A stretch of DNA of 64,000 nucleotides from Chrysomallon squamiferum (Eukaryota; Animalia; Mollusca), in NCBI GenBank assembly GCA_012295275.1, contig CM022665.1:30814001-30878000 (forward strand), in the 5' to 3' direction. Positions 27,301 through 38,200 of the stretch are shown here, piece after piece. Position 1 is the stretch's first letter. Every line of letters starts with the position of its first letter. Under the pieces are notes generated by a model. The model was not told the DNA's origin. It was given only the letters and a program-made list of their open reading frames with translations, and ran no database searches. The position numbers and the translations under genes are program-made.

Positions 27301-30300
27301 AAAGTAGATGTTCCAGATTTTGATTTCAAAGAAACATTTTTTTGTTTTTCTTCTGCTATAGATACACAGACTTTATTAAATAATAGTTTTATCATGTTCT
27401 TACATTTGACATTCAAGTTTAATGCATGAAAGCTGTTAATTATTAAATAATTAACATTCTAGATAGTTGATAGTAGTAAAGCTATAGGTAAGCTTCTAAT
27501 AGTTTAGATAATTACACTTTCCAGGTATTTTTAAAACAGTAGAAATATCTATAGCAGGTTGTTAGTAATTCTTTCAAGGTATTTAGATAGATGATTTAAA
27601 GTTTTTATAAGTTAAACATGATATATATTGTTTATTAACAGGAACGTAAGCGTGAAGAAGACCAGAGGAAAGCTAGAGAGGTACTGCTACGTCGACAGAA
27701 TCAAGGAGATAACGATGAAGATGAAAGGTAAATATGTTTTATACTTCTCCAGTTAAACATTTTTTATTTTTTGTTTTGTTCTTTTAAAGTTAGTTTTTAT
27801 TAAGTTAATATGTATTCAACACGTATGAAATTATAATGTGGATATGGATGTAAGTATACATACATACAAAACCATGTGTGTATATATATGCATGTATGTT
27901 ATGATACGGATATATTTTACTACAATCACTACATATTTTATATCAATTATAATTGGATCAAAATAGTATTTTTAAAGCAGACAATTCAATTTTTTAAAGG
28001 CATTTTATAGAGAAAACATTTTCTATACTTGTTTAATGACAACTGAGTTTTTTATCTTTCACAAGACCAGTCTTCTATAAGAGAAATGTTTCATTTTTCT
28101 TCTAATTTTTTTTTTCCCTTTTTTTATGTCAGTATTTACCTATAGAAATGAATGATCATTAGAAGTATTATAAAAAAAGATTTAAATCTTCTTGTGATTT
28201 ACCTTAAATAAAGATTAATTCAAGTTAATCCAAACAATTTTTCTTTTTGTCTTTTTACTATTTATTTATTTAATTCTTTTTTAATTTTAATTTTTTTTTT
28301 TTTAGAACTGAAGACAAGCAACTTGACAAGAACGTTGTTAAGAATCTTATTGTTGGTCGATCTCAAAGTATAAAGATGGTCACCCGTCCTGACACACAGA
28401 GGGACGTCCGCAGAGCCATCAGTTTCAAACAGAAAGCTGACCAGCCTCTGTCTCCAGTAACACTTCAGAAAGCCATGGAATTTAAACAGGTGGAGCATCC
28501 ACCACAAAAAGAGGAGGAAACTGCTGAACAAAAAACAAATGTAGTTGAACAAGAGGAAGATGCTGAAGCTCCATGTCTGCCCAATGTTCCACCTCCTCTG
28601 GTGATGCAGCAGTCAGAGGAACATTCTGACACAGAACAAGCCCTTCAGTCACCAACACTGACAAAGAAAGAAACTCTATCAATGTCACCACCCATCAGTC
28701 CTAAACAGAAACGGTTTGAGTCAGTGAAAGATTCTGAGAAAAAGACAAAGCGGACAGCCAGTTTCAACATCAGACGCAGAACACGAAGTTTCAAGGACAA
28801 GTACAAGATAAACACATCAGATTTACCTCCATCAGAAATGGAGGGATTTCTCTTCAGAAAACATGAATTACAAACTGGAGGAAAGAAAGCAGCAATAAGA
28901 AACTGGAAGAACTTTTATACCGTCCTGTTTGGACAGTTGCTGTGTTTTTTCAAAGATAAAGAAGGTAAACAAAATATTTTTTTTTTTTCTTTTTTAACAA
29001 ATTGTTAAATGGATTGTTTTATTAATTGGATCCTTGATGTAAACATTGCATGAAAATGTAAAAATACATTTTTTGTTCACTATGTGGCTGAAGAATATAT
29101 TTTTTTACTCAGTATTCCACATTGCGTATTGTCTGCTTATAAGTCATTTTGCACAAGACAAACTCAGCTTCCTTAATTGCCTTTTTGTCATATCTCATAA
29201 ACTGGTATTACTTGACAGTCATAACCTTAATAGTTATACTTTATGCCATCATATATTTGATCTTGAGGTAGATCCAGGATGTTAGCAAATATAAAATTTA
29301 TAAATTTTAATTTTTGTTACAGCTCATGCTGAAAGTCAGGCAGCAGCACCTCCACTCAATATCCATAAGGCCACTTGTGAGGTTGCCACAGACTACACCA
29401 AAAAGAAAAATGTTTTAAGATTGCGACTTCATGATGGTGCTGAGTTTCTTCTGGAAGCAGGCAGCGCAGAGGAGATGAATGAATGGCAGAAAAAGATCAT
29501 GTATTATGCAGGTTAGTTGAAATGGAAAAAAAAGAAAAAAAAGTTTATAATTACTTTAACATAATACTATTTAAAGGTTAATTGGTTTAGAGAACTAAGA
29601 AATAAAAACATTTGTTTAGATTATTATTATTTTTTTTTTTTTGGCATTAAAAAAGATGAGCATTTTTTTCTCATATTATTTCTTCATGTTAACCTTCTTG
29701 AAAATATACAAGAAATTTCAATAACCTTTTTTAATTTCAAAGCATTTTATTTTACAAAAAAAAAGATTACAGTTAAAATTTAAATTAATAATTACTGTTA
29801 AAACTTTTTAATTAAAATAAAGGAAAATATTTTTTTAAATCAAATCAGAAATTAAAAACTCTAGAAATATTATGAAACTAGAAATTAATTTTCAAAAACA
29901 CACTAATTATTTTTTAGTTACTGAAAATTTTAATAAATAATTAAACAGAACAAGAATTAGCTTGATATTAGTGTCTAAAAATAATTAAAATTAGAAAGAT
30001 TCTCAAAGATTAAATTAAATATCAAAATATTTATAATTCTTAAATTTTTTAAAATAAATTATAATTGCAGCAAAATTCAGGTAAGTGCTTCATGGGTCCT
30101 TGAACAAAGCAGCCCAAGGTTTTATTTTGTTTTTTCAAATAGATGAAATGTGTTTTTTTTCTCCATTTTTTCAATGTTGCAGAACATTCACCCATGCCAA
30201 CAAAATGGGAATTTTATCATAGTAGCATTGATACCGAGGAGGGCGGAGATGAAGGTGACTTTTGCTAGGCAGTAACTTTTATACTTGGGCATTTTGGAGC

Positions 30301-33300
30301 CAATTTTTGCTTTCTGTGTTACTTGGGCACTAGTTTTAGGCACCTACTGTTTTCTCAGATTTGTTTTTGTTTTTATAACACCAAAAGATACATTCACGTT
30401 TTTCACATTTTTAAAAAAAAAATGTATTTCCTTTGCAAAGTTCACAAACATTTGTTTTCCTTGATTTTGATTTTGTTGTATTTTTAGTTGAGTTTTATTT
30501 TGTTTTCTCTAACTGGTTATTAATTTTATAATTTTTGGCAAATTAAACATTTCTTTGTCTCAGAAAATGTCAAAGAAGTTAAATTATTTGTTTTCATTTT
30601 CTATATAGTTTAGGTTTTTATAGTTATAGAAAAATCAGCAAAATAATTTTCTTTCTTTTTTAGAATTTCTTTAAAATAAACATTTAAATAATTTATTTCA
30701 ATCTTCTTCACAGTTAGTTTTATAAGTAATACATAATGAATTTGTTTTATAATAAAATGTAATAAAGTATTATTGAAAGTTATTTTAACATCTTGTAAAT
30801 AAAATGTGTCTCATTGATATACACATATTCACAAAGTTTATTCTGTTTATGAAAAATAAGTGATAAATTTAGCATTATGAAAATGAAATTATCATTTTCC
30901 GATCTAAATAACGAAATAATTTTAATTGATAAAAATGTTTAATATTATTAAAACAGTTAAGATTTATAGAAATTAGTTTGTGTTATTAACTGAAAAATTT
31001 TATATACCATTTTGAAGCAATTTAATACAACAAACTGAAAATTGAAATTTTAGTAAGAATTGTTATCTTTAAAAATGTAATTCTTTGCCATGTTGGTGTT
31101 CATCTGGAAAAAAAAAATATATATATATTTTTAAAATATTGTTTGTTGTTTGAATATCTATAAAAGTTGTAAACAGATGGATAACATGTAAAAAGTATCG
31201 AGATAAAATATGTTGTAAGAACATATCACTAAAACGTATGTTTCTAAACACATTGTTCTGATTTATGTTTGATAATTAATTTGATTACAAATTAGTATTT
31301 TTAAAGGTAAGTTATTATTATGGTTCACAAAAATTAAAAAGAGGATCAGTTTGTACTAATTATGTTTTTGTTTTTTTATAATACTTAGAAGCAATTTTGA
31401 TTTTCTTCATAATGAAAACTACCATTCCTACCATTGCTTTAGTTTTTCTTAACAAGTTTTGCTTATTTTCAAACCTTTATGAGTAGGCAGTGATGTCAAA
31501 ATGTTTTTAAATTTCTTTTTAATGATACTAAATATTAATATCATTCATCTAAGTACAACAGGTTTTCTTTGTTTTTCTTATTTTTGTTTTTGTTTCTTTT
31601 ATTTATTTCTCCCTTTATTCCATTTGATTTAGATTCTTACAGCTGCTGTATGCATGAATGGTATTGTCTGGGTGTGGATTCAATGCATTTTGTAAATTTA
31701 TATTATTATTATTATTTGTATTTTTACCTCTTCCATTAAATCAGATTGAATGAATGAATATATAATTTGAACTCTATTTAGTTATTTAAATGTTTCGATT
31801 TTTTTTTTTTAAATTCTTTATTCTGTTCAAAATAAACAGATCATAATCACATATTCATATCCACACAATAAACCAGTTCAGTTTTATTTAAATGTTTATT
31901 ATTGTTATTATTATTATTATTATCCTTTTTTTTTTTTTAAAGTTGTTACTGTATGAAATATTTATAGAATGTAAAACTTCAGATAAACATTCGTAGTTTA
32001 CTACACAGGTACTTACATAATAACATCTAAGAAATAGTCATTAAAATATAAAATTGAACTTGACAGTTTAAAGATTTACATATGCATTACCATATTACAT
32101 ATATTTGTTTAAAAGTGAATTTCACCTATGATTTGTTTTTCTTTCAGATTTAATTATTTTTGGGTTTGCTTGTCATTCATTGTGTTACAATTATATTCTT
32201 CATTTTATTGTATTTAATAATTGTTTTGCTTATTTTTAAAAAAATGTTTGCTTTGTTGTTGGATAAGAATTTATTTTCTTTGAGAATTTCTTTATGTAGT
32301 CTTTTTATTTACAGTGATGCTAAACTATGTGCATGCTCTTTATTAATTATTTCAAATGTGCATAATTAATACATTTATTGAAATGTTTTATCAAAATGGC
32401 TGAAAACAACTGTTTGTTATTAAGTGCAACATGTATATTATTTAATTTAAATGCCAAATTAATCTCTTATATTTTATGAATTTTTAATTGATACTAAATT
32501 AAGAATAGTAATTTTAAATAAAAAAGTCCCTGAATTATGCAGATTATAAAGTATTAGATCAAGGGTTAGATCCTTTGTGGAAGTACTAGTGGTAATTTTT
32601 GTTGCAAGTATTTATTAAATGAAAGAAAAAAGTCTAAATGAAGAAGTTTTAATATTGCATTTAACAGCCTGTTTGAAAACAAACTGCATGCATGTTTTAA
32701 CATAATTATTATGCATGAACAAGTCTTATGGATCAGTAATGCATGATTCTACAGCAATTAATTCAGTACATTTCTAAGCTTTAGCTTAAATTAATAAAGA
32801 AAAACAAAGCTATTTCAGTTTTATGTTTAAAGGTGTTTCAGTTTTACTCTCATAAATCGTTTTACTTTGCTAAACAAAATATATTTATTGTTACATCATT
32901 TAGTTATTTATGAGAATGTTTGTTATAAAATCAGTATTTTTGTTAATTATAACTTCTGATATTATTGTTTTCATATACTGAATACTGAAAAAATATTTTA
33001 TAATTCTGAAAAATAAATACTCCATCAAAATTTAGAATAATGTGACCTTTAAAAAGTAGATTTTTTTGATTTTTTTATAATATATTATTATATTAATTTA
33101 CTATTTTAATTTTATTTTTTTTAAATTTATTTAACATTACTTTTACATTTAAGCATGTTATTTTAGATAACACAATTACTAAACCATTACTTTTGACTTA
33201 AATTTATATTAATTCTGTACTAACATCTTAGTCAGAAAACACATTTACTCAGTCAGATATATTTCCTTTATATAATATTTCCTCAAATTAAAAAAAAAAG

Positions 33301-34520
33301 AAAAAAAGAATACATATATACATATACATAATAATTTCTTTTTAAGGTTTGGAACCTTCTGAACAGTTCACACCATACAATGGAACTGAAAGTCCCAATC
33401 GGGAACAGAGCCCTCTGCCTTCAACACACGAGCCTCAGCATGACAAACAAATTTCAGGAGGCGCTCAGCCAGGTTCTGTTGTACAGCAGATCCATTATGG
33501 AACAGAATCTACTGACTATAATCAAAGAAGTAGTAAGGCTGAAGGTCACATCAGAAGTGGCAGTGGTGCTAGTCGAGGTTCAGATCAAGGTGGTGCAGTA
33601 CATACACGTTCAGCTAGTGGAATCAGTGACCCTTCCAGTCATTCTGGTAGAATATTTTAAACATAAACCCATCTTTATATATAATTTAAAAAGTTGACTT
33701 TGTCATTACTATTGTAGATAAAACTTTCGTGATCAAGTGACTTTTAGTTCAAAGAAATAAAAATATGGGGTACAAGTGCCAGGTGCAACGTTAAAATGAA
33801 ATAAATGAATAAAAATTAAATATTTGTATTTGTAGAAATAAGTAAAAATGTTCTGTATTTTGATCTCAGCATAAAAATTGCTGTGATTTTGAGCAGTAAA
33901 ATAAATATCTATAGTTTACTTTTATTTTTAAGTTGTTGTTTTTTTAACAGTCAGTAAATATAATAATAATAATAATAGTAATAATAAAAAAAGCTTATTG
34001 TTTCAAACCATATTAAGATAAATTAAATTATTAAAATAATTGTTTATTAAAATTAAATGTTAATTTTTTTTTAAAGTTAAATATATATATTAATATCATA
34101 GGGAGTAGCTCTATGTTTTATTTTTTTTTATATGTCAAACGATGAGGAGAACATTTAAAAAACAGCAAACCCAAAATAAATAATGTTTAAATTTTCAGAT
34201 GATGAGGCTGATGCAGCAGTTGGTGTGCCAATAACATTGGAAGGAAGATTTGAAATACCTGAACATGGGCAGTTCCAAGGTATTGATAAGACTATCGTAA
34301 ATAACAGTAAATATATTCTAACACTTTGTAATGGAATTTATTTTTGAACTATATCTTTCATAAGGGCTATAGTGAAGTCTAAAATGTAAGAGAAACAAAA
34401 ATTTATTTAATAAAGAAAATTTTATATGATTAAACTCTTTTATCATGTTTTGAAAATTATATTGTTTAATTTTAATTAATGTTTAAAAAAGAAAAGACAC
34501 ACAACAAAAATGCATACATA

Positions 34521-34557
<37 letters not shown>

Positions 34558-34813
34558 TTAAGACGATGATGATGATGATGATGTACCACAATATCGTCAT
34601 AAGCACCCTGAGGCAGGGCATACAGGTTCACGTCCTATGTCTGAGCCAGTAATGTATGGAGAGGATGCACATTCAGAAAAAGAAAAACGTAAAAGTTATC
34701 ATATGTTTGGTTTCCTCAAGAAGAAAAAAGACAAAGAACACAAAGAACATAAAGAACATAAGGAGCATAAAGAACACAAATCTCACAAAGAACATAAAAA
34801 AGACAGAGTGTAG
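356..34813 (+). CDS. SPTBN5: Beta-heavy spectrin (SPTBN5/karst/sma-1-like), 3' portion; 5' end lies upstream of the window
   Basis: 48 GT-AG exons join in frame (7890 nt, 2629 aa + stop): 356-445, 781-911, 1206-1392, 1755-1955, 2426-2542, 2880-2993, 3413-3595, 3866-4011, 4552-4666, 5382-5492, 5823-6002, 6268-6471, 6926-7075, 7504-7608, 7803-7897, 8225-8315, 8569-8724, 9189-9380, 9776-9862, 10219-10337, 10699-10927, 11336-11457, 11781-11841, 12123-12224, 12694-12882, 13267-13344, 13592-13855, 14213-14359, 14754-15017, 15394-15524, 15828-16014, 17438-17638, 17958-18053, 18262-18396, 18675-18857, 19415-19606, 20265-20420, 20727-20944, 21324-21513, 21631-21729, 22089-22271, 22747-22869, 27642-27727, 28306-28964, 29323-29511, 33347-33646, 34199-34279, 34563-34813. 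Spectrin-repeat motifs recur (WI.EK...S.DLG.DL..V..L.KKHQ). About 2100 aa of repeats with no N-terminal CH domains in view exceeds the 17 repeats of conventional beta-spectrin. A C-terminal PH domain indicates a beta chain. Confidence 0.9.
930..1080 (+). mobile_element. Decayed tRNA-derived SINE-like fragment in a spectrin intron
   Basis: GC-richer island beginning with an A-box-like TAACTCAGTG and a degenerate B-box-like GGGTCTATCC, followed by CATTGGGCTGTTTC..CAGTG..CACAA..TGGTATGT..TGTCTGT. It resembles a gastropod SINE as I recall it; no database check was possible. Confidence 0.45.
16475..16492 (+). other. Candidate 18-nt microexon (PFHPKV)
   Basis: ctttttccttattctaatttacag|CCATTCCATCCAAAAGTG|gtatga; phase 0, matching the flanking exons; no stop. 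Confidence 0.5.
19661..19800. mobile_element. Tc1/mariner/pogo-type MITE remnant with TA target-site duplication
   Basis: TA|CAGTGAAACTTAACAAAACCAAAC ... GTTTGTTTTGATAGATTTCAATG|TA. The reverse complement of the right end (CATTGAAATCTATCAAAACAAAC) aligns to the left end as an imperfect ~23-bp TIR. Confidence 0.55.
22089..22271 (+). other. Exon encoding the beta-spectrin partial repeat (alpha/beta tetramerisation site)
   Basis: VEAWIHLREPLLKEKNYGESIEAVEELLRRHADFEKTVDAQEDKVNALRRLTE matches the terminal two-helix partial repeat of beta-spectrins (ends ...RLT.(L/V)E). Confidence 0.75.
23983..23994 (+). other. Candidate 12-nt microexon (NQRA)
   Basis: ttaacttgattttcttttccag|AACCAAAGAGCA|gtatgt; phase 0, matching intron 22870-27641. 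Confidence 0.55.
25014..25028 (+). other. Candidate 15-nt microexon (PERLM)
   Basis: catttgttttcactgcgcag|CCAGAAAGGCTAATG|gtaata; phase 0; TGC immediately upstream of the acceptor. Confidence 0.55.
25421..25699 (+). mobile_element. Relic of a DIRS/Ngaro-type (tyrosine-recombinase) retrotransposon, RNase H fragment
   Basis: NITFLKLFPVLVALTIWVKRLNNKKVEFHIDNEAVVIVVDKKTSKCPMVMS matches the DIRS1-type RNase H pattern (nI..lEl.pv..al..W...l.nk.v.f..DN.avv..ink.ss..p.vm). The catalytic Glu position reads Lys, the ORF stops early, and no RT or YR is present. Confidence 0.75.
28837..29511 (+). other. Beta-spectrin-type PH domain, split over exons 28306-28964 and 29323-29511
   Basis: MEGFLFRKHELQTGGKKAAIRNWKNFYTVLFGQLLCFFKD...PPLNIHKATCEVATDYTKKKNVLRLRLHDGAEFLLEAGSAEEMNEWQKKI carries the typical spectrin PH motifs. 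Confidence 0.9.
30183..30254 (+). other. Candidate 72-nt cassette exon after the PH domain (EHSPMPTKWEFYHSSIDTEEGGDE)
   Basis: Long pyrimidine tract ending tgttgcag; open in phase 1; donor GAAG|gtgact; length divisible by 3; coding-like GC content. Confidence 0.65.
31633..31647 (+). other. Candidate 15-nt microexon (phase 1; DSYSC)
   Basis: Long pyrimidine tract ...ccatttgatttag|ATTCTTACAGCTGCT|gtatgcatg; frame-preserving; TGCATG overlaps the donor region. Confidence 0.4.
32685..32745 (+). promoter_or_regulatory. Cluster of four TGCATG (Rbfox-type) splicing-regulatory motifs
   Basis: TGCATG at 32685, 32689, 32712 and 32740. Confidence 0.5.
34733..34795 (+). repeat. Coding 9-bp tandem repeat giving (KEH)5-KSH-KEH at the spectrin C-terminus
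   Basis: AAAGAACAC AAAGAACAT AAAGAACAT AAGGAGCAT AAAGAACAC AAATCTCAC AAAGAACAT. Confidence 0.85.
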
Positions 34814-35223
34814 AAATCAGAGAACTTCAGAAATGTTCTAGTTGTTTAACATGTTGATCATCGTTCAGTTTTAGTGTGATTTCCAACATGTTCTTAACTG
34901 TAGAAACCTTTCAGTAAATAACATGTTAACTAAAGGAATGATGCAGTTATTTAACATTTTGTTAGCTCTAGAAATTTTTCAATTATTTAACACTTTAAAA
35001 CAAAATCCTTGAAAATCCTTGTGGTGCTGTCAGTATAAATACCAGTAACTTGACATTGTTATATGATTATTTAGTAAACAAGTGCTATTTTACTTATTAG
35101 TAAGGCAGCTAGTGAAAAAAGGTTGGTGTTTTTCTTTGTTGGATTCTTTTTTAAAATAATCTTATTGATTATAATGGTTTTCCTAAAACAATGTATGCTT
35201 GCAGTTTTATTATTAATGTTTGT

Positions 35224-35247
35224 TATTATTATTATTATTATTATTAC

Positions 35248-35290
<43 letters not shown>
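35224..35290. repeat. (ATT)n microsatellite in the presumed spectrin 3' UTR
   Basis: Near-perfect ATT run with one ACT interruption. Confidence 0.9.
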
Positions 35291-38200
35291 TAAATTCTTT
35301 TGTAATATTTGTAACAGCTTCAAATTATACTGTCAGTATGTTGACAAAAAGTTAAATATTAATATATGCTTTGATTTGACAATATAGTTATTGTTTTATT
35401 TTTTAAATATTAACTGTTGTTGATAAATTAAGCAGTAATATTAAAACAAAGATTAAAAGAATGGTATACAGCAGATAAGGACAGATTATTTTTGTTACAT
35501 ATTGAAATACTGGGAATTTCCTTTTGTTTGTACTACATTATTAACACATTATGTTAGTTGCATGTTATTTAGATCATCTTTATATTTCATATAATAAACT
35601 AAAATTACATGTGTGGTGTAATGTCTTGAAATAAATGAACAACAAAGAAGGCCAGTATTTTTGTATGGCTATAGATATCTCTATTTTTTTAAATGTTTTC
35701 AAGAGTCTCGTGAAAAGCATAGTTTGGTGTCATATTTAATATTAAAGACTATATTAGTTCAGTCTTATATGCATTAGCTTAAAGAATTAAAATTATTATT
35801 TAGAAATATAAATTTAAAAAAAAAAAGAAGATTATTATTATTGCTGTAATTATTATGAACATTATTTGGATCAGTGTCATATTGGTCACAATGAAAGCAA
35901 GTTATCATAGAAATTAAGAAAAATATATGTATCTATATATTATTGTTAATACTTAATTTTGTTTTTTAAATCATTTGATTATACCAATGACATTATAATC
36001 AGAGATCTGAGTTGTTCAAATGAACACATTTTTTTCATTGTTTATGCCATCTTAATATGTCATCTTTATTTGATCAGATTGAGAAATATTTGTTTAATAT
36101 CACTGTTAAATTTATTTTTAATTTTAATATATTAAAAAAAAAAGAGAAGGATGATTAATATTTTGGTTTCTTTATAATAACAATTGAGGGCTTTTGAAAC
36201 CTGGAATATTTTACTTTATGTAATGGTATATAGTTATATAGTTATTTGTATGAAATTTTATAATCTTATAAACTTATTAAAATTAGAACTATTCTATAGA
36301 TATGTTTTCAATATCTGTAAATATGTTATGACTGATATGCAGTTACATATGTTAATCGGTTTAAAATTCTATTGAACTATAACCCAACACTGTCCATATT
36401 TTATTTTTCTTCAGAATGTTATTTTTTAAATTATAACTTCATTTTATGTGTGTTATTTTATATATATATATATATTCAGAATTTTTTATTTAGTGGAGAT
36501 ATTAATAACCATAAACCTATATCTACTGCATACAAATATCTTTGATATTTAACACTTCTCTAGTTATGTACCTTTGATATACCCCATCTATCTCTCTCTC
36601 TCTGTCTCTGTGTATGTTTTGTTCAGTGTTGCCCTGTTGTTCTTTAATAAGGAAGTCCAAGTTTCCCTGCTGTAAATTGTTCAAAATCAGTTAATTTCCT
36701 TTAAAAGTCAGAGAAATCTATAATTTTTGCTTGACATGTCACCTCAGATGGGAAATGACTCAGTGTCATGTCAAGTAGTAAATTTGGCTTTTTTATATTA
36801 ATATTCAGTTCCATTAACATGTCAGTACATGTGCAGGCAAAGACTGTCATTTTGGCCATTTCAGAGATGAAAAAAAAGAAGTCAAAAACATGCTGTGCAA
36901 TTAGTCCAATTAGTCCAGTTAGTCAAATGATTATATACATAACAACTGATGAACTGATTCCAAAAACTAAAAATCTGTTTTTAGTTGATTTTCAAACTGC
37001 ACTGTCTCACTTTTTGTAAGGTTATTATCACACCTAAACATGAGTAACTAACACATGGCTTCAAAAATGTGGTTCAAAAATTAAAATAGAATATTGTTCA
37101 ACCATTGTACACCTACCTTATATTTTTTCATAAGAAACGTTCTTTCTTTCTCCATATTCTATATAAATCACTATGTTTTCATGAAGCAACTGAATTAAGC
37201 TTTTAAAAAACTGCCAAATTGAATTTTACTCATTTGTCATTTGCTTTTATTATTATTATTATTATTGTTGTTGTTATTATTATTATTATTTTTATTATTA
37301 CTATTATTATTATTCATTTATGCTACATCAGATTGTTTTTTTATTTTACCTTGTTAAGATGATGACTATTTGATGTTAAATGAATATCAAGTTATGTTTA
37401 AACAAGATTAACTCGTTTGATCTTTTGTTTATTGCTTGTAGGTAACATTTACTATATGTCTGTATATATATATATATATATATATTAAAATTAAATATCT
37501 TACGATATTTAATAAATTCTTATATGTTAAATATATATCTTGCATAATTTACAATATATCCACTACTGTTTTGTATGTAGTTTCTAATAGACAATTTATT
37601 GTGATTTGGAATTATGTAGATGTTTTGTTTTACAAATTTAAAAGGGTCCTATGTATGCTGTGTTGTAATATGTATAAAGTCCGTTTCAGTAGGTTAATTT
37701 TTTTTTATTAATTAGTACTTTTCAATTTAATTGTTTTTATTATTATTATTATTTATTTTTCATTTCTTTCAAACTGAAATATATTATTATCTACAGATGG
37801 ATTTATAAGGAATTTTGAACCCTTGAAATTCCTTACCAGTAGCAGTGTGTACATCACCCATACTAAAATATGAAAAAAGCACCTGTTTAAAAATGTATTT
37901 TTGCAAATGTTTTTTTTTTTTTTTTTACAATTATAATCTCTTAAAATTCATTTATATATATATATAAATTATATTTCTAATGTATGCTGATGGACCCAAA
38001 ACACTTGAGTTAAGAAATTGTTGCTGTACAAACAGTTGTGGCTTATACAGATTTCACCATATCGCCTAACACAGCCGTCCAGAGTACGAACCATCCCATA
38101 AAAGTCCTTCCAATAATACTGTGAGTTCTTCCATCCCCAAGTTCTTCATAATTACATTGTTTTCCAATTTTATACTCTTTTTTTTCCCCTTTTATTGGAA

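Noticed and set aside
27463-27487. Strong donor TAG|gtaagc with several upstream AGs
   Set aside because: Every acceptor choice gives a frameshift or an in-frame stop, and the pyrimidine tract is weak.
1310-28691. Many minus-strand and off-frame ORFs overlapping spectrin exons (e.g. 1310-1498, 13577-13891, 15705-16001, 28482-28691)
   Set aside because: Shadows of coding exons with no independent domain signal or splice structure.
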